Origin: an uncultured bacterium
Lineage (GTDB): Bacteria; Fidelibacterota; Marinisomatia; Marinisomatales; TCS55
Length of the DNA stretch: 50,709 nucleotides
Assembly: GCA_964475645.1 (NCBI GenBank)
Contig: CAYYXU010000001.1
Location: 1 to 50,709, forward strand
Reading direction: 5' to 3'
Shown one piece after another: positions 39,263 to 47,935 of this stretch (position 1 is the stretch's first letter; every line of letters starts with the position of its first letter). Below the pieces are notes generated by a model that was not told the DNA's origin, ran no database searches, and saw nothing but the letters and a program-made list of their open reading frames with translations. The position numbers and the translations under genes are program-made.

Positions 39263-39275
39263 CGTATATAATACG
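39263..39275. promoter_or_regulatory. Palindrome CGTAT-N3-ATACG in the selD/rrf2 gap; candidate Rrf2 operator overlapping a -10-like TATAAT/TATTAT
   Basis: Perfect 5-bp arms centred ~29 nt upstream of the regulator ATG (39240). It is the only dyad in the 61-bp gap. Confidence 0.3.
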
Positions 39276-39301
39276 CTATTTACTGAATACTTTACAAGTA
39301 A

Positions 39302-40351
39302 TTATAATACGGTAATAAGAACCTCAGAATTTTCTATTATTTTGCCAATTTGGAAGGCTGAAATAGGTTCTTTATCATTATAGCTATCAAGAAATTCAAC
39401 TGCCCGATCTTGTGGTAGAGCAATCAGCAAACCACCAGAAGTTTGGGCATCAGCAATCATTAATTGGTGCAATTCTGTAATTGATTCTGAAAAATAGGTG
39501 AATTGATTTGCGTGGGAAAGGTTCCTTTTGGTCCCACCAGGTATGTTATTTTGTTGTGCTAATTGTTCCGTACCCGGCAAGAACTTTAGGTCACTATAAT
39601 TGATTTGCATTGCTACATTACTATTGCGGCATAATTCTGCAGCATGACCAAGTAGACCAAAACCTGTTACATCTGTTGAGGCATGAACGGAATGATCGAT
39701 TAGCAAGCTGCCGGCAAGTTTGTTCAACAAAGCCATTGAATCGATAGCAGCATCAATCGATTCCACAGAAGCTTGTTCATTTTTAATACCGGTAGTTATT
39801 ATACCTGTTCCCAGTGGTTTTGTTAATAGGATTGCATCTCCAGGTTTTGCTCCAGAATTTTTTACCAAATGATCTTGTGATACTTCACCAGTAACAACCA
39901 GTCCATATTTTGGTTCTTGATCATCTATGCTGTGCCCGCCAACGATGGATATCCCGGCTTCTTTTGCTTTGTCAGCACCACCTTGTAATATTTCTGAAAG
40001 TATTTCTTTCGGAAGATCCTTGATTGGAAAACCAACAATATTCAAGGCAAATAGTGGCGTACCGCCCATGGCATAAATATCTGAAATTGAATTAGCTGCT
40101 GCTATCTGTCCATACATATAGGGATCATCTACGATTGGTGTAAAAAAGTCGACTGTCTGTAAGATATACCGGTCGCCTTCAAGACGTACAACTGCGGCAT
40201 CGTCAGCCTTATCAAAACCGACGACTACACGATCATCATCCTCAATCATAAGATCACCCAGAACCTGGGCTAGGTCATCAGGACCGATCTTACATGCTCA
40301 GCCAGAGCCGTGGGATAACGTAGTTAACCGTATTTGTTCTTTTGTTTTCAT
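39302..40351 (-). CDS. selD: Selenide, water dikinase (selenophosphate synthetase), selenocysteine-containing (UGA at 40300..40298)
   Basis: The track ORF (39302..40249) lacks the SelD N-terminus. Reading upstream in the same frame from the ATG at 40351 gives MKTKEQIRLTTLSHGSG-TGA-ACKIGPDDLAQVLGDL, which joins MIEDDD... The TGA falls exactly where E. coli has Cys17 (SHGAGCGCKI) and H. influenzae has Sec. The full length of 349 aa is normal for SelD. Confidence 0.85.
40250..40291 (-). promoter_or_regulatory. Candidate bacterial SECIS-like structure downstream of the selD UGA
   Basis: In the mRNA, AAGAUC (+7..+12 after the UGA) pairs with GAUCUU (+43..+48). These enclose GGUC/CUGAU/GACC and CCCAG-GUU-CUGGG. 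The apical GUU loop is ~34-36 nt after the UGA, within the spacing usual for bacterial SECIS. The fold was done by eye only. Confidence 0.4.
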
Positions 40352-40384
40352 GGGTTAATGTATTAGTTAAGCAAAAAGAAAAAA

Positions 40385-41194
40385 TTATAAGCTATCAGCT
40401 AATTTTCGAATGTCTTCAATTGTATTTATGTCCCTATCAACAAGGTATTCCAAATGAATAGTCTTGAATCGAGAATGAATTTGGATCTGAGACTGATAAT
40501 GATGTAGAACCATGGGTATATGCATCGTTTTGAAAACCATTAATGAGAATGGAAAGTCCAATTCAGTTGGTTTTAAACTTGCCATTGTCGTGTTATTATT
40601 CAGCATTTGTTTACGACATTCTTGAATATCTTTCAGTAGCAGTTTTTTCCGATATTCCCAGGGGGCAGTAATATCTGCAACCGATTCAATAAATTCATAA
40701 CCTTGAGAAAAATGTTCTAAAAAATATCTTCCGTAGGCACCACCGCTGAATTCTTTATTCAAATGTTCATTAATTTGTTCTTTTTTTGTTGTAAGGTATT
40801 GCTTCCAGTTGCTGAAATCTGACCTAAAGAGGAAATACCCAAAAGATGTTTTAAATGAATTCCGCTGGGTGAAAAACGATTTTATTTCATAGGTTAATTT
40901 TTTGATCTCATTACGCAAATCATGAGAAAACAGCTGTACCGTTATCGGAGAATAGTTATCTGGTAGCTTTAAAAAATCCTTGGGGATGATGGCTTCTGAT
41001 AATTTTAGAGTATAGCCCTTTTCAAAGCCCTGAATATTCAGTTCAATGAATGCTCCTAGATCACTTAGTTTGATAAGGTTATTTAATGCTTGATCAAATT
41101 CTGGGAAAGTGGCAATAGAGGGGTTTGAAGATCGTGGCAATTCACCAAAAAGAGATAATTGGCGGGGATCGTTTGGATCTCGCTGGGTGACCAT
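40385..41194 (-). CDS. Hypothetical protein with an N-terminal QLSLF (beta-clamp-binding-like) motif
   Basis: 269-aa ORF with no recognised family. Residues 12-16, QLSLF, equal the consensus sliding-clamp-binding pentapeptide. It ends 33 nt upstream of the selD start on the same strand. Confidence 0.5.
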   Translation of the reverse strand: MVTQRDPNDPRQLSLFGELPRSSNPSIATFPEFDQALNNLIKLSDLGAFIELNIQGFEKGYTLKLSEAIIPKDFLKLPDNYSPITVQLFSHDLRNEIKKLTYEIKSFFTQRNSFKTSFGYFLFRSDFSNWKQYLTTKKEQINEHLNKEFSGGAYGRYFLEHFSQGYEFIESVADITAPWEYRKKLLLKDIQECRKQMLNNNTTMASLKPTELDFPFSLMVFKTMHIPMVLHHYQSQIQIHSRFKTIHLEYLVDRDINTIEDIRKLADSL

Positions 41195-41433
41195 AATGGT
41201 ATATATTACGTTTTAAAGGGTTGAAGTGCAACAATCCAGCGTTTTAATCTCTTTTTGACCTAAAATATTTTTCTTAACAGTGAATTCATTGTGAGGAACT
41301 AAAAAGTGATGCTAAATTTTGATCTCATAGTGGTTAATTATTTTAAAAGACTATTAGTTACACCATTTGAAGTGACACTATTTTACTAGCACATAACGCA
41401 TCCAATATTTAACGAAATTCCCTATATAAACCC

Positions 41434-43269
41434 TTGAGCATAGAAACAAAGAACGTAGATAAGGTTGTGATCCGTTTCGCCGGAGACTCCGGTGATGGGA
41501 TGCAGTTGACAGGTACACGATTTACAGAAACTACAGCAATCGTTGGAAATGATTTAAGTACGTTACCAGATTATCCAGCTGAGATTCGGGCACCAGCCGG
41601 GTCTTTGGCAGGTGTTAGTGCCTTTCAGCTGCACTTCAGTTCCAAGGATATTCATACACCAGGAGACCAGCCAGATGTACTGGTTGCCATGAATCCTGCA
41701 GCACTCAAAGTCCATTTAGCAGATCTGGTGCCAGGTGGCATTATAATCACTAATGAGAGCGCATTCAGTCCAAAAAATTTGAAATTGGCAGGCTATGATA
41801 GTAATCCGCTAGAAGATGATACATTGGATAGTTATGAGTTGTATTCAATTGAAATGAGTCGCTTGGTGGCCACGGCCTGTGAGGATATGGATATATCACC
41901 GAAAACAGTAGAACGTACCAAGAATATGTTTGCACTTGGTATTCTGTACTGGATCTACAATAGGCCCCTGGAACCCACCATAAATTGGCTGGGAGTAAAA
42001 TTTAAAAAACGTCCTGAATTGATTGATTCCAATATTAGAGCACTGAATGCCGGCTATAATTACGGGGACACAGTAGAAATATTTACCACACGTTTTGCTG
42101 TTGAAAAGGCACCACTAGCTGCAGGTAAATACAGGAATATCAATGGAAATTATGCTACGAGTATTGGTCTACTGGCTGCATCAGAGAAAGCGAATATTCC
42201 ATTATTTTATGGCGGTTATCCAATTACACCGGCCAGCGATATACTGCATTCCTTGGCTTCATTTCGCCATTTTGGCGTTAAAACTTTCCAGGCAGAAGAT
42301 GAAATCGCTGGTATTTCTTCTGCCATCGGCGCTTCATTTGCAGGAAATATTGGTGTGACGGCATCATCTGGTCCTGGAATTGCTTTAAAATCTGAGGCGA
42401 TTGGGTTGGCAGTCATTGCAGAATTACCTCTCGTAATCGTTAATGTTCAGCGCGGTGGACCCAGCACTGGCTTGCCAACCAAGACAGAACAGGCTGATCT
42501 TTTTCAGGCCTTGTACGGCCGCAATGGTGAAGCTCCTGTACCTGTGATTGCCGCTCAAACACCTGGAGATTGTTTTTACGCAGCGTTCGAAGCCTGCCAG
42601 GTAGCGATTAAATACCGGACTCCAGTATTCATGCTTTCCGATGGCTATTTGGCCAATGGATCAGAACCGTGGTCCATACCCAATTTTGATGATTTACCTA
42701 GTATTCACCCTGATTTTTCTAACAATGAAAATGGATCGACTTTCATGCCCTATGCCCGCGATGACAAAACAATGGCCAGACCCTGGGCTACCCCGGGGAC
42801 GCCTGGATTAGAACACCGCATTGGTGGATTAGAAAAAGAGGATGTGACCGGCAATGTTTCCTATGACCCTGAAAATCACCATCACATGACAGAATTACGG
42901 GCCAAGAAAGTGGCTAATATAGCACAAGATATCCCGCCTACAGAAATTTTGGGTGCGGCAAGCGGAGATCTTTTGATTCTCAGCTGGGGGGGCACCTATG
43001 GCTCATGTAGATCGGCAACGGAAAGATTGCAGAACGAGAGCAAAAGGGTAAGTCTGGTACATTTACGGTGGTTGAATCCACTGCCAAAGGATTTAGGCGA
43101 AATTTTAATTCGATTTAAGAACGTCCTTATTCCGGAATTGAATATGGGTCAGCTATCCAAAATGATACGAGCTGATTATCTTGTAGATGCGCAAGGTTTA
43201 AATCATGTAAGAGGTCGGCCGCTCAGATCAGCAGATATTGTAACCAAAGCGAAAAAACTAATAGGGTAA
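41434..43269 (+). CDS. korA: 2-oxoglutarate/2-oxoacid:ferredoxin oxidoreductase alpha subunit (gamma domain fused N-terminally; KorA type)
   Basis: N-terminus IRFAGDSGDGMQLTG is gamma-like. The alpha part has GYPITPASDI, SSGPGIALK and QRGGPSTGLPT. TTG start. Confidence 0.85.
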   Translation: MSIETKNVDKVVIRFAGDSGDGMQLTGTRFTETTAIVGNDLSTLPDYPAEIRAPAGSLAGVSAFQLHFSSKDIHTPGDQPDVLVAMNPAALKVHLADLVPGGIIITNESAFSPKNLKLAGYDSNPLEDDTLDSYELYSIEMSRLVATACEDMDISPKTVERTKNMFALGILYWIYNRPLEPTINWLGVKFKKRPELIDSNIRALNAGYNYGDTVEIFTTRFAVEKAPLAAGKYRNINGNYATSIGLLAASEKANIPLFYGGYPITPASDILHSLASFRHFGVKTFQAEDEIAGISSAIGASFAGNIGVTASSGPGIALKSEAIGLAVIAELPLVIVNVQRGGPSTGLPTKTEQADLFQALYGRNGEAPVPVIAAQTPGDCFYAAFEACQVAIKYRTPVFMLSDGYLANGSEPWSIPNFDDLPSIHPDFSNNENGSTFMPYARDDKTMARPWATPGTPGLEHRIGGLEKEDVTGNVSYDPENHHHMTELRAKKVANIAQDIPPTEILGAASGDLLILSWGGTYGSCRSATERLQNESKRVSLVHLRWLNPLPKDLGEILIRFKNVLIPELNMGQLSKMIRADYLVDAQGLNHVRGRPLRSADIVTKAKKLIG

Positions 43270-43273
43270 GATT

Positions 43274-44296
43274 ATGGCAGAAGCTACAGTTGAAACACCA
43301 AAATTGGATCGCCGGGATTTTGTATCGGACCAAGCTGTACGCTGGTGTCCCGGATGCGGTGATTACGCCATCCTGTCCCAAACACAAAAAATATTTCCAG
43401 ATCTAGGAATTGATAAAGAAAATTTTGTTTTTATATCTGGGATTGGTTGTTCTAGTCGTTTTCCATATTACATGAATACCTATGGATTCCATACGATTCA
43501 CGGTCGGGCACCGGCTATTGCATCAGGAGTAAAATTAGCTAACCCCGAGCTATCGGTATGGGTCATTACAGGAGATGGTGATGCACTTTCAATCGGTGGT
43601 AATCATACTATTCATCTTCTACGGCGCAATCTGGACATCAATGTGATGCTATTCAATAACAGGATATATGGTTTGACCAAAGGTCAATATTCCCCTACCT
43701 CAGAATTGGGTAAAATTACCAAATCGACGCCGCTTGGTTCATTGGATAGGCCCTTTAACCCGACGGCTCTTGCATTGGGGGCTCACGCGAGCTTCGTAGC
43801 ACGAGCCATTGATCGAGAAACAGCTCAGTTGCAATCTATGATCCAGCGGGCCCATAGCCATAGTGGAAGCTCATTTATTGAAATCTACCAAAACTGCAAC
43901 ATTTTCAATGATGGCGCATTTGCTCCAATGACTGAAAAAGAAACCAAAGCAGATAAAGTTTTGTGGCTGGAAAATAAAAAACCATTGGTATTTGGCGCAG
44001 AATTGAACAAGGGAATACGTCTTGATGGAAATGTACCCAAAGTTGTTGAAATTGGCGACAAATGGAGTACCGATGACCTTTTGGTACACGATGAAACTGA
44101 TTGGATTATCGCAATGCTGTTGAGCAACTTTACTTATCAGGATGAGTTCCCGAATCCAATTGGTGTTTTTTACTCTGTAGATGAACCTATTTATGAAGTT
44201 ATGCTTGATGAACAAATAAAATTTGCCAAGAAAAACAAGGGTATTGGCGATATGCAGACATTGTTAGATGGGACGGATAACTGGGTGGTAGAATAA
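43274..44296 (+). CDS. korB: 2-oxoglutarate/2-oxoacid:ferredoxin oxidoreductase beta subunit (KorB type)
   Basis: WCPGCGDY, GIGCSSR and GDGDALSIGGNH (TPP motif). Confidence 0.88.
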   Translation: MAEATVETPKLDRRDFVSDQAVRWCPGCGDYAILSQTQKIFPDLGIDKENFVFISGIGCSSRFPYYMNTYGFHTIHGRAPAIASGVKLANPELSVWVITGDGDALSIGGNHTIHLLRRNLDINVMLFNNRIYGLTKGQYSPTSELGKITKSTPLGSLDRPFNPTALALGAHASFVARAIDRETAQLQSMIQRAHSHSGSSFIEIYQNCNIFNDGAFAPMTEKETKADKVLWLENKKPLVFGAELNKGIRLDGNVPKVVEIGDKWSTDDLLVHDETDWIIAMLLSNFTYQDEFPNPIGVFYSVDEPIYEVMLDEQIKFAKKNKGIGDMQTLLDGTDNWVVE

Positions 44297-44319
44297 TTAT
44301 TATGTCTTAGCTTTTAGCT

Positions 44320-45720
44320 ATGGATTATCGCACTGAAAAAGACAGCATGGGGCCTGTCCAAGTGCCAAATGATCGTTATTATGGATCTCAAACACAACGA
44401 TCCCTGAATAATTTTAAAATTGGTAAAGAACAATTTCCCCGTGAATTCATCCGTGCTTACGGAATTATCAAAAAAGCGGCAGCAGCAGTAAACAGCGCAG
44501 CAGGTCTACTAGACCCCCAACTTGCAAAAACTATTTCATCATCTGCAGATGAAGTGATTTCTGGTAAATTAGATGATCACTTCCCGCTTGTGGTCTGGCA
44601 GACCGGATCAGGGACGCAAACTAATATGAATGTTAATGAAGTGATCGCCAATCGTGCCATTGAAATGACTGGGGGTACACTCGGGAACAAGGATCCAGTT
44701 CATCCCAATGACCATGTAAATATGGGTCAGTCCACCAATGACACCTTTCCAACAGCGATCAATATTGCGGCTGTCGAATGTGTGGTTCATCAGCTGTTGC
44801 CAAATTTGGAGCGCTTGCGGGATGGACTGCATGCTAAAGAAGAAGAATTTTCCAATATTATTAAGCTGGGCCGAACCCATTTGCAGGATGCAACTCCTCT
44901 CAGTTTAGGGCAGGAATTTTCCGGTTATGTATCAGCTATTGAACATGGATGTAAACGGATCAAAAATGCATTGGACAGTTGCTATGAATTGGCCATGGGT
45001 GGCACTGCTGTTGGTACAGGAATCAATTCCATAGAAGGTTTTGGTGAAAAAACAGCAGCGGAAATCTCTAAACTCACTGACCTACCTTTTCGAACGGCTG
45101 AAAATAAATTTGAAGCACTAGGTGGCCAGGATAGCATAGTTGAGCTATCCAGCGCACTGAAAACTGTTTCCGTATCCTTATTCAAAATTGCTAATGACCT
45201 ACGCTGGCTAGCTAGCGGTCCCCGTTCTGGGATCGGTGAACTTGTCTTACCAGCGAATGAACCTGGTTCTTCAATTATGCCTGGAAAAGTTAATCCGACC
45301 CAATGTGAAGCAATGACTATGGTTTGTACTCAGGTTATGGGTAATGATACAGCAATTACATTTGCAGGCGCAAGCGGCAATTTTGAACTGAATGTTTACC
45401 GACCAGTTATTGCTTTCAATATATTGCAATCAATTCGATTACTGGCCGATGCATGCGATTCATTTTTGGTAAATGCGATAGAGGGCATCGAACCCAATAA
45501 GCAGCGCATACATGAAAATTTATACAATTCCCTTATGTTGGTGACAGCATTGAATCCGCACATTGGTTATGACAAAGCTGCGAAAGTGGCCAAGAAAGCA
45601 TATTCGGAAAATCTATCCCTGCGTGAAGCGATCGTGGAACTGGATTATATGAGTGAAGAGGATTTCGATAAGTTGGTCCAGCCAGAAAAAATGATACGAC
45701 CACGCAAGATAAAGAAATAG
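44320..45720 (+). CDS. fumC: Class II fumarate hydratase
   Basis: [16 protein letters not shown] signature, plus GSQTQRS and [14 protein letters not shown]. Confidence 0.96.
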   Translation: MDYRTEKDSMGPVQVPNDRYYGSQTQRSLNNFKIGKEQFPREFIRAYGIIKKAAAAVNSAAGLLDPQLAKTISSSADEVISGKLDDHFPLVVWQTGSGTQTNMNVNEVIANRAIEMTGGTLGNKDPVHPNDHVNMGQSTNDTFPTAINIAAVECVVHQLLPNLERLRDGLHAKEEEFSNIIKLGRTHLQDATPLSLGQEFSGYVSAIEHGCKRIKNALDSCYELAMGGTAVGTGINSIEGFGEKTAAEISKLTDLPFRTAENKFEALGGQDSIVELSSALKTVSVSLFKIANDLRWLASGPRSGIGELVLPANEPGSSIMPGKVNPTQCEAMTMVCTQVMGNDTAITFAGASGNFELNVYRPVIAFNILQSIRLLADACDSFLVNAIEGIEPNKQRIHENLYNSLMLVTALNPHIGYDKAAKVAKKAYSENLSLREAIVELDYMSEEDFDKLVQPEKMIRPRKIKK

Positions 45721-45799
45721 TTTATTGCCCACTGATATTCAGTATAGTTTTATCAATGGTCACTTGAAACATAATTACTAAACAAACGTAAATTTCACA

Positions 45800-47929
45800 A
45801 TGGCCAAGCAGGCAAATGAAGAGCTCTGGGCACGTTCTGTTGTACGATCTTTCTGGATCACTCTAATTGGTACAATTGGTGTAGTCATTTATATAATAGT
45901 TCTAGCACAGGACCTACCATCTATTGAACAATTGGAAAATTTTGATCCCGATCTAGTTACCAGGATTTATTCATCCGATGGAAAGATTATCCACGAACTT
46001 TTCCTCGAAAAACGTGTATTTGTTGAATTGGCCGGCATACCGCTCTATATGCAGCATGCAGTTATGTCCTCTGAGGATCGACGTTTCAGGAAACACTGGG
46101 GAATTTCATTGCGCAGTGTAGCACGGGCAATAATCACAAATATTCTAGCCCTGAGTTACCGCCAAGGTTTTAGTACGCTCACACAGCAGTTAGCCCGCAA
46201 CCTTTACGATACTATCGGCTTCAAGAAAACGGTCACCCGTAAGATCAAGGAAATAATTACTGCAATCCAGATTGAAAAAACGTATACAAAGGATGAGATC
46301 CTAGAAATGTACCTGAATAGTGTTCATTTTGGACACGGAACCTATGGCGTGCAGGCTGCTGCAAAACGTTTTTTTGCTAAAGACGCTGAGGATCTAAGTA
46401 TTGATGAATGTGCCTTGCTCGTGGGATTGCTACCTGCACCAGCTAGGTATTCACCAATTCGACACCCTGATAGAGCATTCGTGCGACGTAATACAGTACT
46501 GCGGTTGATGCACGATCAAAATTATATCACCGATGCGGTTTATGTTGAAGCACGTTCGACCGATCTGCAAAATATTCAAAAAGATCAATTTAGGGGAGTG
46601 GCCCCATATTTCACGGAATATATTCGCCGGGTACTTGAGACAGAAGACGAAAGACTTGGTGTGAATATATATCGTGATGGTCTTAAAATATTCACGACAT
46701 TGGACTCCCGCTTGCAACAGTATGCTGAAGATGCTGTAATGCAGTCAATACTTGATAACCAAAAACGGTTGAATAAACGTTTGTTCAAGAATAATGAGGA
46801 ATTTGAAAACCTGGCTTATTTTGGAATTTTCAGTGAGGATACTGTGCGCATGATGATGGAAGGGAAATTACCGCTTTACGAAGAGTTGAGGGATAAGCTC
46901 CTAGTTCAGTGTGCATTCGTAGCCTTGGATCCTAACACTGGCGCTATTTTGGCAATGGTAGGAGGACGGCCCGATTATGCGGATCAATTTAATCGCTCTA
47001 CTCAGGCCAAGCGTCAGCCAGGCAGTGTTTTCAAACCGTTTGTTTACACTACTGCCATAGATAACGGTGTTCCGGTATCAAAGCAACTGCTGAATCAACC
47101 CGTAGTGCTTAAGGTGCCAAAACCCGATGGAGGTTGGGAGAACTGGAATCCACAGAATTATGATCAAAGTACAGGTGGACTAACAACGATCAGGGAAGGA
47201 TTACGGCGATCATTAAATCTTGTAGCAGTGCGGATGGTACAGGAAGTGGTACCAGCTCGGGAAGTTGCGTCCACTGCAAAAAATATGGGCGTATCTACCA
47301 ATATACGAGCAGTAGATGCCATCGCGCTCGGGACTTCTGAGGTTTACCCCATCGAAATGGTAGCGGCTTATTCAGTGTTTTCAAACGGTGGTGTTTATTC
47401 TGAACCTTTTGGAATAACAAGAATTGAAGATCGTTACGGAAATATTCTGATAGAGTATTACCCTAAGCAGAAAGAAATATTGAGTGAAGAAACAGCTTTT
47501 ATGATGACCGATCTAATGCAGACAGTCGTAGATCGTGGCACCGGTGGCAGTATACGTTGGAAATACAATTTCTACCATCCCGCTGCTGGAAAAACAGGGA
47601 CAACCCAAGGTTGGACTGATGCCTGGTTTGTGGGATTTTCCACCCAAATTGCAGCAGGCGCATGGTTTGGCATTGACGATCCTCAGGTAAGTCTTGGCAA
47701 AGGTGCAGATGGTACACGGGCGGCCTTACCAGCTTGGGCACGTTTCATGAAAACAGCTCATGATTCATTATATTATTCAAAGGAAGAATTCCAACAACCT
47801 GAAAAAGTAAAAACCTTTTCTATTTGTCAGGTTTCAAAAGAAAAACCAACACCGCTTTGTCCGTTAGAAAAAGAGTTGTTCATCCTGAGTACCGATCCTT
47901 CGCGACTATGTAAAATACACCGCCGCTAG
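45800..47929 (+). CDS. mrcA: Penicillin-binding protein 1A family (bifunctional glycosyltransferase/transpeptidase)
   Basis: GT51 motifs EDRRFRKHWG and RKIKE. Transpeptidase motifs SVFKPF (SxxK) and KTGTT. Confidence 0.92.
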   Translation: MAKQANEELWARSVVRSFWITLIGTIGVVIYIIVLAQDLPSIEQLENFDPDLVTRIYSSDGKIIHELFLEKRVFVELAGIPLYMQHAVMSSEDRRFRKHWGISLRSVARAIITNILALSYRQGFSTLTQQLARNLYDTIGFKKTVTRKIKEIITAIQIEKTYTKDEILEMYLNSVHFGHGTYGVQAAAKRFFAKDAEDLSIDECALLVGLLPAPARYSPIRHPDRAFVRRNTVLRLMHDQNYITDAVYVEARSTDLQNIQKDQFRGVAPYFTEYIRRVLETEDERLGVNIYRDGLKIFTTLDSRLQQYAEDAVMQSILDNQKRLNKRLFKNNEEFENLAYFGIFSEDTVRMMMEGKLPLYEELRDKLLVQCAFVALDPNTGAILAMVGGRPDYADQFNRSTQAKRQPGSVFKPFVYTTAIDNGVPVSKQLLNQPVVLKVPKPDGGWENWNPQNYDQSTGGLTTIREGLRRSLNLVAVRMVQEVVPAREVASTAKNMGVSTNIRAVDAIALGTSEVYPIEMVAAYSVFSNGGVYSEPFGITRIEDRYGNILIEYYPKQKEILSEETAFMMTDLMQTVVDRGTGGSIRWKYNFYHPAAGKTGTTQGWTDAWFVGFSTQIAAGAWFGIDDPQVSLGKGADGTRAALPAWARFMKTAHDSLYYSKEEFQQPEKVKTFSICQVSKEKPTPLCPLEKELFILSTDPSRLCKIHRR

Positions 47930-47935
47930 TTTTTT

